Positions 19,332 through 28,774 of a DNA stretch of 64,000 nt are shown piece by piece (position 1 is the first letter of the stretch; each line of letters opens with the position of its first letter). This DNA comes from Methyloprofundus sp. GTDB lineage: Bacteria; Pseudomonadota; Gammaproteobacteria; Methylococcales; Methylomonadaceae. The notes under the pieces were generated by a model, which was not told the DNA's origin, made no database searches, and was given only the letters and a program-made list of their open reading frames with translations. Position numbers and translations under genes: made by a program. The stretch lies in NCBI GenBank assembly GCA_028599115.1, contig JAQRMR010000099.1, positions 14,197-78,196 of the forward strand, given 5' to 3'.

Positions 19332-19362
19332 TATCTACCCTACTTAAAACAACGTTTAACTT

Positions 19363-20007
19363 TTAAGATCCAGCTCTATTTGCTAAAACTTTATCCACTA
19401 AGCCATATTCTACTGATTCATCTGCACTTAAAAAATTATCTCTATCCGTGTCAGCTTGGATTTTTTCTATCGGCTGCCCCGTATGATGCGACAACACTTT
19501 ATTTAATTTTTCACGAATTGTTAAAATTTCCTTCGCGTGAATATCAAAATCAGACGCCTGTCCTTGAAAACCACCTAAAGGCTGGTGAATCATGACACGT
19601 GAATTTGGCAAGCAAAAACGTTTACCTGCTGCACCACCTGTTAGTAATAATGACCCCATACTTGCCGCTTGGCCAATACACATCGTGCTCACATCAGGCT
19701 TAATAAACTGCATCGTGTCATAAATTGCCATTCCAGCAGTCACAGAGCCGCCAGGAGAATTAATATATAAATGTATATCTTTATCAGGATCTTCTGACTC
19801 TAGAAATAATAACTGAGCCACAACCAGGTTAGCCATATAGTCTTCTACCTGCCCTACCAAAAAGATAACTCGTTCTTTTAGTAGTCTTGAGTAAATATCA
19901 TACGAACGGTCGCCGCGTGATGTTTGCTCAACAACCATCGGCACCAAGCCGCCCGCCGCCTCAGGTGAGATCATATTACCTATTCCGTTATTGTGACTCT
20001 GTATCAT
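19363..20007 (-). CDS. clpP: ClpP peptidase
   Basis: [29 protein letters not shown]. Confidence 0.98.
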   Translation of the reverse strand: MIQSHNNGIGNMISPEAAGGLVPMVVEQTSRGDRSYDIYSRLLKERVIFLVGQVEDYMANLVVAQLLFLESEDPDKDIHLYINSPGGSVTAGMAIYDTMQFIKPDVSTMCIGQAASMGSLLLTGGAAGKRFCLPNSRVMIHQPLGGFQGQASDFDIHAKEILTIREKLNKVLSHHTGQPIEKIQADTDRDNFLSADESVEYGLVDKVLANRAGS

Positions 20008-20024
20008 GCTTAATTTCCTAGTCC

Positions 20025-21326
20025 TTATGCCGCTACTGGTTCCATAACAGCACTAAATGACATTGTTTCCTCTGTCACTGTTGCTTTTGTTAAAACCCAA
20101 TCAACCGCCGCATCTTCAAGCACCATTTGCTCGACTTCAGCTAAACGCTTTTCATCACCATAGTACCAACTAACAACTTCCTCTGGTTTTTCATAGCTTT
20201 CAGCTAAACCATCAATCACAGCTTTGACAGCATCAGAACCTGCTTTGATTTCATTTTTCTGAATAACTTCAGCTAAAATCAAACCTAAACCGACACGACG
20301 CTTAGCTTGCTCTTCAAAATTTGCAGCAGCAGGCTTAACATCATTGATGTCTAAGTTTTGTTTTTTTGCATTCTCTATATAAGGCTTCATTAGAGCCTCT
20401 ACTTCCTGATCAACCATCGCAACAGGCAAAGTCACTTCAATATTACTGTACAACTCATCCATGACCGCATTTTTTAACTTTGTTTTTAATGCTTGCTGTA
20501 ACTCACGCTGCATGTTCTTTTCTATATCAGCACGGAAATCAGCTTCATCACCACTTTCCAAACCATAAGCTTTGATAAACTCAGCATCTAGCTCAGGCAA
20601 TGTTGCCGACTCAACCTTAAGTACTTCAATTTCAAAAGTTGCTGGTTTACCCGATAAATCTTTATTTGTATATTCTTCAGGGAAAGTCACTTCTAAGGTT
20701 TTTTCTGCACCAACCGCCAAACCGATTAATTGCTCTTCAAAACCAGGAATCATACGTTTTGAACCAATTTCAACTAAGAAATCATCAACGGTTCCATCGG
20801 TAAAATTTTCACCTTCGCAAACACCAGAAAATTTAATCGTTACTTGATCGCCATCTTTAGAATCAGCATCTGAAGTTGCCCATTCTTTTCTTTGCTCTCT
20901 AAGCTTCAAGATCATTGCATCAACATCAGCAGCATCAACAGTGGTAACCGCTTTGCTAACGCTCATTTTATCAACATTATCTAAAGTAAACTCTGGGTAG
21001 ACTTCAAAAGTAGCAACAAATTCAAAACCTTCTTCTGATTTTACTGGCTCAATTTGTGGGTAGCCAGCAGGTCTTAAGTCATTATCTTGTAGTGCTTTAA
21101 AGTAATTTGTTTGAATTAAATCACCCGTTACTTCTTCTCTTGCACGTGCGCCATACATTTTTTTGACTACTTTCTGAGGAACTTTTCCTGCACGAAAACC
21201 ATCAATTTTAACGTCTCGCGCTAAAGTTTTTAAACGCTCATCAACTTTACTCTGAACAACATCTTCAGGAATATTAACTGTCATTTTTCTGCTTAATTCT
21301 GATGTTTTTTCAACAGAGACTTGCAT
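20025..21326 (-). CDS. tig: Trigger factor
   Basis: GFRAGKVP signature and FKBP domain (MIPGFEEQ). Confidence 0.97.
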   Translation of the reverse strand: MQVSVEKTSELSRKMTVNIPEDVVQSKVDERLKTLARDVKIDGFRAGKVPQKVVKKMYGARAREEVTGDLIQTNYFKALQDNDLRPAGYPQIEPVKSEEGFEFVATFEVYPEFTLDNVDKMSVSKAVTTVDAADVDAMILKLREQRKEWATSDADSKDGDQVTIKFSGVCEGENFTDGTVDDFLVEIGSKRMIPGFEEQLIGLAVGAEKTLEVTFPEEYTNKDLSGKPATFEIEVLKVESATLPELDAEFIKAYGLESGDEADFRADIEKNMQRELQQALKTKLKNAVMDELYSNIEVTLPVAMVDQEVEALMKPYIENAKKQNLDINDVKPAAANFEEQAKRRVGLGLILAEVIQKNEIKAGSDAVKAVIDGLAESYEKPEEVVSWYYGDEKRLAEVEQMVLEDAAVDWVLTKATVTEETMSFSAVMEPVAA

Positions 21327-21432
21327 TGATCTACCTCAAAAAATATTTGTATATGAATTGTTTTATATCCGAGATTGGATATTTTTACGGGAATTAACGA
21401 TGACTATCGTCAATTTAAATCTGATTATCGAG

Positions 21433-21517
21433 TGGTGCGAGCGGGGAGACTTGAACTCCCACATCATAAGATACTGGTACCTAAAACCAGCGCGTCTACC
21501 AATTCCGCCACGCTCGC
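21433..21517 (-). tRNA. tRNA-Leu (TAG)
   Basis: GCGAGCGTGGCGGAATTGGTAGACGCG...TTTAGGT...long variable arm...GCTCGCACCA. Confidence 0.96.
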
Positions 21518-21535
21518 TACTCAATCTGAAACGCC

Positions 21536-21563
21536 ATTATAGACATTTAATCCAAAATTACAA
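21536..21563 (-). promoter_or_regulatory. tRNA-Leu promoter
   Basis: TTGTAA-16 bp-TATAAT followed by a GC-containing discriminator. Confidence 0.55.
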
Positions 21564-21688
21564 ATGCTAAATTGTTTTTAATAAAAAAACTTGCATCACC
21601 CTCATCAAATAAAAGACTATTACTAAGATAAAGCTGTTATCAAACAAGCCATCGCCTAACTAAACCCAGACTATATTTGAGGTATAAA

Positions 21689-21764
21689 TGGCGTCCCCAG
21701 ACGGACTCGAACCGCCAGCTATCCCTTAGGAGGGGACTGCATTATCCAGTTATGCAATGGGGAC
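21689..21764 (-). tRNA. tRNA-Arg (CCT)
   Basis: GTCCCCA/TGGGGAC acceptor stem, CTCCTAA anticodon loop, GTTCGAGTC T loop, CCA. Confidence 0.93.
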
Positions 21765-21876
21765 GTAATTGGAACTAGGCATTATACAATAATTTAAAAA
21801 CTGTTATTTCCTAAATATACGATGACTATTATAGGGTATACTCAACGGATTTTTTTACCCTAAGAGTATAATAGTT

Positions 21877-22599
21877 ATGAGACCTAGCGGCCGCGAACCC
21901 AATCAAATGAGAGAGATTAAATTAATCAGTGGCTACACTAAACATGCTGAAGGATCAGTTATGATTGAGTTTGGCGATACACGGGTTTTATGTACAGCAA
22001 GTGTCGAAAACCGCGTACCTCGCTTTTTAAAAGGCAAAGGTGAAGGCTGGGTGACCGCTGAATACGGTATGTTGCCTCGCTCTACTCACTCTCGAATGGG
22101 GCGTGAAGCTAGTCGAGGAAAACAAAGTGGCCGTACCCAAGAAATACAACGTTTAATTGGTCGATCTTTGCGCGCCGCTGTTGATTTATCAGCTTTAGGC
22201 GAACATACCATTACGATTGATTGCGATGTTATTCAGGCTGATGGCGGAACTCGCACCGCGTCTATTACCGGCGGCTTTGTTGCACTGTCTATTGCCATTG
22301 AATCCTTGCTTAAAAAGAAAAAAATCAAGAAAAATCCACTGCACGGGCAAATTGCTTCGGTTTCTGTTGGTATCTATAATGGCATACCTGTTTTAGATTT
22401 AGATTACCCTGAAGATAGCAATGCTGAAACAGATATGAATATCGTGATGAATGATGCCGGCGCATTTATTGAAGTACAAGGTACTGCTGAAGGCCATGCT
22501 TTCCATCAAGAAGAGTTAAATGAAATGCTTGCGCTGGCAAAATCTGGTATTACTGATTTATTTAGCAAACAAACGGCTGCTTTAGAATCTGCTCTCTAA
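21877..22599 (+). CDS. rph: Ribonuclease PH
   Basis: [27 protein letters not shown]. Confidence 0.98.
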   Translation: MRPSGREPNQMREIKLISGYTKHAEGSVMIEFGDTRVLCTASVENRVPRFLKGKGEGWVTAEYGMLPRSTHSRMGREASRGKQSGRTQEIQRLIGRSLRAAVDLSALGEHTITIDCDVIQADGGTRTASITGGFVALSIAIESLLKKKKIKKNPLHGQIASVSVGIYNGIPVLDLDYPEDSNAETDMNIVMNDAGAFIEVQGTAEGHAFHQEELNEMLALAKSGITDLFSKQTAALESAL

Positions 22600-22633
22600 T
22601 AAGCAGCTAATTAAGTAAAATTTTTTCAACAGT

Positions 22634-22659
22634 ACTTCGCGCTTACGATTGCGCGAAGT
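22634..22659. terminator. Hairpin between rph and rdgB
   Basis: ACTTCGCGC / GCGCGAAGT 9-bp stem; weak U tract. Confidence 0.4.
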
Positions 22660-22684
22660 CTATTTCAACTTATGGGTTTAACTG

Positions 22685-23293
22685 ATGTTGCTTAATTATT
22701 CTGATCAAATTGTTTTAGCCAGTAGTAATCTCGGAAAAATAAAGGAAATCCAAAATATTTTAAGTGGGCATACGATTGTCACCCAAAAATCACTTAATAT
22801 TACTGAAGTTGAAGAAACAGGCAGCACCTTTATAGAAAATGCCATTCTCAAAGCTAAAAATGCCACATTACATAGCAAGCTACCTGCTATTGCTGATGAC
22901 TCTGGTTTAGTTATTGATGCACTACAAGGTGCACCGGGCATTATTTCTGCACGCTATGCGGGTGAAGATGCAACAGACCTCGATAATTTAAACCTAGTCT
23001 TACAAAATATGGCATCCGTTCCAGATGCTGAACGCACCGCGCGCTTTATTTGTGTTATCGTGCTTATGCGCCATGCAAAAGACCCCTTTCCACTTATTGC
23101 TCAAGCTAGCTGGGAAGGTAAAATTCTCACTTCCGCTCAAGGCAGTAATGGTTTTGGGTACGACCCTATTTTTTGGCTCGAAAAAGAAAACTGCAGCTCA
23201 GCGGAGTTATCTCCCGCTAAAAAGAACCAACTCAGCCACCGCGCACAAGCATTACAACAATTAGAGAAACATTTACTTTCACATAATTTATAA
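22685..23293 (+). CDS. rdgB: dITP/XTP pyrophosphatase
   Basis: ASSNLGK, ADDSGL, GFGYDPIF, SHR. Confidence 0.96.
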   Translation: MLLNYSDQIVLASSNLGKIKEIQNILSGHTIVTQKSLNITEVEETGSTFIENAILKAKNATLHSKLPAIADDSGLVIDALQGAPGIISARYAGEDATDLDNLNLVLQNMASVPDAERTARFICVIVLMRHAKDPFPLIAQASWEGKILTSAQGSNGFGYDPIFWLEKENCSSAELSPAKKNQLSHRAQALQQLEKHLLSHNL

Positions 23294-23308
23294 TCATTTA
23301 ATAAAGCC

Positions 23309-24916
23309 ATGCTGACACGATTTACTCTCTACCTTGCTTACAGCATAAAAACTTCAGAATGGCATCACCGTAATAAACGCTTTTTCTATGACTTATTAGA
23401 AAACCCTAAAAGTAAAATCAAGCCCTATTTTGATATTTTCATGATTACTCTTGTGATGAGTAGTGTTTTTATACTCATACACGAAGTAAAAAATGAAAGT
23501 AATTTATGGTCTATTTATTTTGAACATTTCGTCGTCTCAATTTTCCTCTGTGAATATTTATTACGTGGCTGGATTTATTCAGACATCCACCTCATCATCA
23601 TTCAACACCACGAAAATACAAAATACCTAGGACAGCCTTTTTCCTTGGCAAAGGTTAGTCAGCAAATATTAAAAAACAAATTAGGCTATATTTTTTCCCC
23701 TAGTGCGATTATTGATCTGCTCGCAATACTACCTAGCTATCGTCCATTACGTATTTTGCGCGTCTTTCTTATTTTTCGCCTTTTTAAATTGCTACGCTAT
23801 TCGCAAAGCATCCAAATGTTTACAGGTATTTTAAAAAGCAAACAATTTGAATTAACTACCTTAGCTATTTTCATGGGCTTTTTAATTTTCATTGCCAGCA
23901 CTGCTATTTATATTTTTGAGCATCAATCCGTCGGTGGTCAAATTGATACTTTATATGATGCTTTTTATTGGGCTGTTGTGACAATATCGACGGTAGGTTA
24001 CGGTGACATCACTCCTCTTAGTACGGGCGGGCGTTTAGTGACCAGCGCACTGATTATCTCTGGGCTAGGTGTTTTGGCCTTCTTCACTTCAATTATTGTT
24101 GCTGCCTTCAATGAAAAAATGTCTGAATTTCAAAAAGATAAGATAAAATCAAGCATTGAAAAAAGTAAGGACTCTATTATTCTTTGTGGTTTTGGGCGTG
24201 TTGGCCAAGAAATTGCGCAACAACTCTATGAAAACAAAAAAAACTTTATTGTTATTGACCCCAATAAACAACACGCTGATTTAGCAATGCAAAAAGGCTA
24301 TATCACACTTAACGAAGATGCTAGTACAAACAGCACTCTATTGCATGCCGGCATTAACCATGGCGCTAAAACCGTTTTATGCGTCACCGGCGATGATGTG
24401 ATTAATGTATATATCACCCTAACAAGCCGCCATTTAAATGCCGGTATTAATATCATTTCACGAGCAAACCGCGATGATAATGTAAAAAAACTTTACCAAG
24501 CTGGCGCAAATCATATCGTCCAACCTTTTTCTATCGCTGGTTTGCTCGCTTCTGAACACATCGGCCAACCAGTTGCTTTTGATGCTATCCAAGGTATTCT
24601 TCACCAACAAAAAGAGGGGCAGATTGATGCTATTCCAGTACTGAAGCAAAGCTTTCTCGATGGCATTACTATTGAGCAAGCAGAGTTAAGTCAATATAAA
24701 ACAGGTTTACTCGGTGTCATTAGTTCCAACCCTAGTCATACAAAACGCAGAAATCGTTATAAATTACGTAATCAACACTTTTACTTTAACCCTGAAGCAA
24801 ATTTCATTCTTAATGAGGGCGATATCCTGGTTCTTTTAGGCCGACAATTAAGTATAGAATTTTTACAAAGCCTTATAGAAAAAAGTCATTTAAGTGCTCG
24901 CAAGGAGGCGTTATGA
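23309..24916 (+). CDS. 6TM potassium channel with C-terminal RCK (TrkA_N/TrkA_C) domains
   Basis: S4-like RPLRILRVFLIFRLFK, TVGYGD filter, CGFGRVG Rossmann motif. Confidence 0.92.
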   Translation: MLTRFTLYLAYSIKTSEWHHRNKRFFYDLLENPKSKIKPYFDIFMITLVMSSVFILIHEVKNESNLWSIYFEHFVVSIFLCEYLLRGWIYSDIHLIIIQHHENTKYLGQPFSLAKVSQQILKNKLGYIFSPSAIIDLLAILPSYRPLRILRVFLIFRLFKLLRYSQSIQMFTGILKSKQFELTTLAIFMGFLIFIASTAIYIFEHQSVGGQIDTLYDAFYWAVVTISTVGYGDITPLSTGGRLVTSALIISGLGVLAFFTSIIVAAFNEKMSEFQKDKIKSSIEKSKDSIILCGFGRVGQEIAQQLYENKKNFIVIDPNKQHADLAMQKGYITLNEDASTNSTLLHAGINHGAKTVLCVTGDDVINVYITLTSRHLNAGINIISRANRDDNVKKLYQAGANHIVQPFSIAGLLASEHIGQPVAFDAIQGILHQQKEGQIDAIPVLKQSFLDGITIEQAELSQYKTGLLGVISSNPSHTKRRNRYKLRNQHFYFNPEANFILNEGDILVLLGRQLSIEFLQSLIEKSHLSARKEAL

Positions 24917-25614
24917 GTGATAACAGCACCGCTATTTTTGGTTATAACAGCTTGTCTTTTGAACTCATTGCTCAACTGGTTAAAAAGCAAACAAAGATTA
25001 TCATTCTAGACTCTGACCCAGAAAAAATAGAACTGGCAAAAAAAAATCAACTGATTGCTTACCAGCTTGATTATCGACAAGATGATGATTTAATCGAAAT
25101 TGGCATTGGCTCTACTCTTAATACTCTTTTTTGCTTTTTAGAGCATGATTCAGAAAATGTTTTTTTAACTTTATCAGCTCGGTCATTAGATAAAAATATC
25201 AATATCATTTCTTTAGTTAGCCACCCCGAATCAGCAGAAAAGCTTTTTTCAGCAGGTGCCAATAGAGTGATTGACCCTTATGAAATCTGCAGTAATAAAG
25301 TCTATCAATTACTCAGTAAACCCCATCTAACCTGGCTTTTAGACCATGTTGTTTTTGGCCGTGCTGATCTAAATATGGCTGAAATTACTATTCCAGAAAA
25401 TTCTATTTTAGATAAGACATCCACACAAAACCTATGTATTCACGAAAAATACAACTTATTTTTAATTGGTGTGGTCGATAAAGAATTGGGAGAAAAGCTT
25501 TATTTTTCCTTAGGCGAACAAGACCACATGCTTGATGTTGGGGATATTTTAGTTATACTCGGAGCTCATCGAGATATTAAACACTTCAAAAAAGAAATAG
25601 GAATAATTGATTAA
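24913..25614 (+). CDS. Stand-alone RCK/TrkA-like protein
   Basis: TrkA_N (ENVFLTLSARSL, AGANRVIDPY) and TrkA_C (GDILVILG); ATGA overlap with the channel gene. Confidence 0.85.
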   Translation: MSDNSTAIFGYNSLSFELIAQLVKKQTKIIILDSDPEKIELAKKNQLIAYQLDYRQDDDLIEIGIGSTLNTLFCFLEHDSENVFLTLSARSLDKNINIISLVSHPESAEKLFSAGANRVIDPYEICSNKVYQLLSKPHLTWLLDHVVFGRADLNMAEITIPENSILDKTSTQNLCIHEKYNLFLIGVVDKELGEKLYFSLGEQDHMLDVGDILVILGAHRDIKHFKKEIGIID

Positions 25615-26102
25615 TGTTTTTTTCTAAACGAATAGAGTTTTTCTTAGGCTTTTTAGCCTGTTTTTCCATGCTTGCCGTGGGCGCTTATTTTCAATTTGTT
25701 GAAGAATTAGAGCCCTGTCCTTTATGCATCTCCCAGCGCATCGCAATCCTTATAACTGGACTTGTTTTTCTTGCTGCCAGTATACATAACCCAAAATCAA
25801 CTCTGGGTAGTCGCTCTTATGCTATTTTTGGTGCAATTGCCGCCTTGCTCGGTAGCGCTGTTTCCGCTCGTCATGTTTGGTTACAAAATCTTCCCGCTGA
25901 CGAAGTCCCCGAATGCAGCCCTGGTTTAAGTTATATTTTTGAAAATTTCCCATTAGCAGAAACCATCAAACTAATGCTTAATGGTACGGGAGAATGTGCT
26001 GATGTGTTATGGACTTTATTTGGTTTAAGTATTCCAGCTTGGACTTTTATTGCTTTTATAGGCCTTGCGATTTTAAGTTTGATGCAACTAAAACAAAAAT
26101 AA
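25614..26102 (+). CDS. dsbB: Disulfide bond formation protein B
   Basis: PCPLCISQR, ARHVWLQ, second Cys pair. Confidence 0.95.
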   Translation: MFFSKRIEFFLGFLACFSMLAVGAYFQFVEELEPCPLCISQRIAILITGLVFLAASIHNPKSTLGSRSYAIFGAIAALLGSAVSARHVWLQNLPADEVPECSPGLSYIFENFPLAETIKLMLNGTGECADVLWTLFGLSIPAWTFIAFIGLAILSLMQLKQK

Positions 26103-26187
26103 AAACCATTTTTTTTTAGTGTTGTATATTTTTTTAATCACAAATAATATAGAATCAACATCTTAGATCCTTATTTCTTAACATTAT

Positions 26188-26922
26188 ATGTCCAGTATCC
26201 CAAGTTTAAGCGCACAAAACCTCCCTGCTTTTGAATTTAAAAGCAGCGTTATTACAGTTCCTGTCCTTAATATTTATACAACAGATATTAATGTACTTAG
26301 CTTGCAACTACGAGAAAAGGTTAAGCAAGCTCCAGAATTTTTTAAAAACTCATCTGTCTTAATTGATTTACAGAACATCCAAGACCAAGAATTAAACCTA
26401 TCTCTATTAGTTGATGCAATTCATAATGTAGAAATACTGCCCATTGGTATTCGTGGCGGTTCAGAGGATCATAAGAAGTTAGCGCATCAGCTTCAGCTAC
26501 CTAGTTTTAACAACGCTCGTAGTTCAGCTGAAAAACCAGTGATTAAAGAAACACCTGAGCCCACTGTCGCGGAATCGGCTGAGCCTGTTTTAAACAACAT
26601 AGAGAACACCTTAATTACTCAGCCTGTTCGCTCTGGACAGCGTGTTTATGCTAAAGGAGACTTAGTCATAACCTCCCATGTTAGTGCTGGCGCAGAAGTG
26701 ATTGCGGAAGGCAACATCCATATTTATGGCGCACTAAGAGGCAGAGCGCTAGCTGGTGTACTAGGCGATGAAACAGCTCGGATTTTCTGCTCAGATTTAC
26801 AAGCAGAACTTATCTCAATTGCAGGAAACTATCGCATCAGTGAAGATATTGATCAAAGCTATAAAAAAGTCCCCGTACAAATTTATTTAAACGAACAAGC
26901 ATTAATTATACAAAATACTTAG
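26188..26922 (+). CDS. minC: Septum site-determining protein MinC
   Basis: PVRSGQRVY, GNIHIYGALRGRALAG. Confidence 0.96.
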   Translation: MSSIPSLSAQNLPAFEFKSSVITVPVLNIYTTDINVLSLQLREKVKQAPEFFKNSSVLIDLQNIQDQELNLSLLVDAIHNVEILPIGIRGGSEDHKKLAHQLQLPSFNNARSSAEKPVIKETPEPTVAESAEPVLNNIENTLITQPVRSGQRVYAKGDLVITSHVSAGAEVIAEGNIHIYGALRGRALAGVLGDETARIFCSDLQAELISIAGNYRISEDIDQSYKKVPVQIYLNEQALIIQNT

Positions 26923-26932
26923 GAGAAAACCA

Positions 26933-27742
26933 TTGGCTAGAATTATTGTTGTCACATCAGGAAAAGGCGGCGTAGGAAAAACCACAACTAGCGCAGCTAT
27001 TGCCATGGGCCTTGCTAAGAAAGGACATAAAACAGCGGTTATTGATTTTGATGTAGGCCTGCGTAACCTTGACCTTATTTTAGGCTGTGAACGTCGTGTT
27101 GTTTATGATTTCGTTAATGTTATTAATGGTGAAGCAACGCTGAACCAAGCGTTAATAAAAGATAAGCGTTGTGACAAACTATTTGTTTTACCGGCTTCAC
27201 AAACGCGCGATAAAGATGCTTTAACCGTTGAAGGTGTTGGCAAAGTCCTTAAAGAATTGAAGAAAACATTTAAATATATTGTTTGTGATTCACCTGCTGG
27301 TATTGAGCGCGGCGCACATTTAGCTATGTATTTTGCTGATGATGCTTTTGTGGTCACTAACCCTGAAGTTTCTTCAGTACGAGATTCAGACCGTATGCTA
27401 GGCATCCTATCCAGTAAATCGCAGCGTGCAGAAAAATCTGAAACACCAATTAAAGAGTATCTACTATTAACTCGCTACAACCCTGCTCGTGTAAAACTGG
27501 GCGAAATGTTAAGCGTAGATGATGTACAAGATATTCTTTCTTTACACCTGCTCGGTGTCATCCCTGAATCTCAAGCCGTATTAAATGCATCAAACTCCGG
27601 TACACCCGTTATTCTTGATGAAGCCAGCGATGCCGGGCAATCATACTCTGATATTGTCGATCGCTACTTAGGTGAAGACAAACCACACCGCTTTATTGAT
27701 GAAGAAAAGAAAGGCCTCTTTGGCCGACTATTTAGGAGCTAA
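26933..27742 (+). CDS. minD: Septum site-determining ATPase MinD (TTG start)
   Basis: SGKGGVGKTT, DVGLRNLD, C-terminal amphipathic helix. Confidence 0.98.
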   Translation: MARIIVVTSGKGGVGKTTTSAAIAMGLAKKGHKTAVIDFDVGLRNLDLILGCERRVVYDFVNVINGEATLNQALIKDKRCDKLFVLPASQTRDKDALTVEGVGKVLKELKKTFKYIVCDSPAGIERGAHLAMYFADDAFVVTNPEVSSVRDSDRMLGILSSKSQRAEKSETPIKEYLLLTRYNPARVKLGEMLSVDDVQDILSLHLLGVIPESQAVLNASNSGTPVILDEASDAGQSYSDIVDRYLGEDKPHRFIDEEKKGLFGRLFRS

Positions 27743-27744
27743 TC

Positions 27745-27999
27745 ATGAGCTTGCTTAATTATTTTAAAAAATCCAAGCCAAATACAGCACAACTAGCCAA
27801 AGAGCGACTACAAATTTTAGTTGCTCACGAAAGAACTCAGCGCAACCAACCTTCTTACTTGCCTGAACTACAAAAAGAGCTAATGGCTGTTATTAAAAAA
27901 TATGTTCAAGTTAATCAAGATGATATTTCGATTAACTATGAAAGCGATGATGAGCAGGAGACTTTAGAACTAAATATTGTTCTCCCTGATAATGTTTAA
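27745..27999 (+). CDS. minE: Cell division topological specificity factor MinE
   Basis: AKERLQILVAHER, LELNIVLP. Confidence 0.97.
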   Translation: MSLLNYFKKSKPNTAQLAKERLQILVAHERTQRNQPSYLPELQKELMAVIKKYVQVNQDDISINYESDDEQETLELNIVLPDNV

Positions 28000-28154
28000 A
28001 GAAGCTCTAATCAAGTCCGATTCTTTTTAGCCTGCTAAATTCTAATCAACTTAATCAGAGACCCCTTAAGTAAAACAAACGCACTGCTATTAAGCAGTGC
28101 TCCAGGTTTTGTTGATAAACACGTCTTATTAATAAAGCATGTTTATCGACGAGA

Positions 28155-28571
28155 CTAAATTTTCTCAGTACTTGCCCTAACTTTGCGCTTACGCATTAAA
28201 CTGCCCTTTGCCTCTTCTTCAAAATAAATATACCCCCCCTTTCCATTATTGTAAGCAGGACAAATAATTTCAAAATTAATATCTGATTTTTTGGAAATTA
28301 ATAACTCGTTAACTTTATCTTCTTCTACTAAGCATTTTTTCAGGTCATCAAAAATCTCTATTAAGACCTCGTCTTTTACCTTACCCATCAATACAAATTG
28401 AAAAGTATGATCATATTGACACAATAGAAATTTTTCTATTTGTTCAGGAATATATAGTTTCACCTTCCAGCTACTTAAACGCACATTACCTTTTTTATCC
28501 GCAATATTTTCCAGCTTCTTCTCAATCGTTTGTTTTATAAAGTTCAGTACTTGTATTGTTCTTTTATTCAT
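28155..28571 (-). CDS. Hypothetical protein (138 aa, no recognised family)
   Basis: Isolated ORF filling the glmS-minE gap; about 30% GC (109/360 by hand over 28201-28560). Confidence 0.6.
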   Translation of the reverse strand: MNKRTIQVLNFIKQTIEKKLENIADKKGNVRLSSWKVKLYIPEQIEKFLLCQYDHTFQFVLMGKVKDEVLIEIFDDLKKCLVEEDKVNELLISKKSDINFEIICPAYNNGKGGYIYFEEEAKGSLMRKRKVRASTEKI

Positions 28572-28774
28572 ATTGCTCTACTTCTGGCTCTCCACCCTAA
28601 GGAGGGCTACCTTAGTGGAACCCACCCCAAATAATTAAATTTTCATCTTTGTATTTGTTAACAAGTAAAAATAAATATCCTTTTTACTGTGATCTAAAAA
28701 AGTTAATCACATTAGAGCAGCCCTTGCACCAACTCCCTGCAATACTTTATTTTTACATATAACCAGAACTTTTA

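Noticed and set aside
21358-21570. 70-aa ORF
   Set aside because: Antisense shadow of tRNA-Leu.
21689-21876. Prophage or island integrated at tRNA-Arg(CCT) or tRNA-Leu
   Set aside because: No integrase, no duplicated tRNA 3' end, and the flanks are core genes.
28688-28711. CRP site (TGTGA...TCACA)
   Set aside because: The spacer is 14 bp rather than 6; more likely a weak hairpin.
28740-28774. Intact Tn7 end downstream of glmS (TGTAAAAATAAAGT)
   Set aside because: The TGT is about 5 bp too close to the stop for the canonical insertion point, the spacing to the AATAAAGT core is wrong, and there are no repeated TnsB sites or tns genes.
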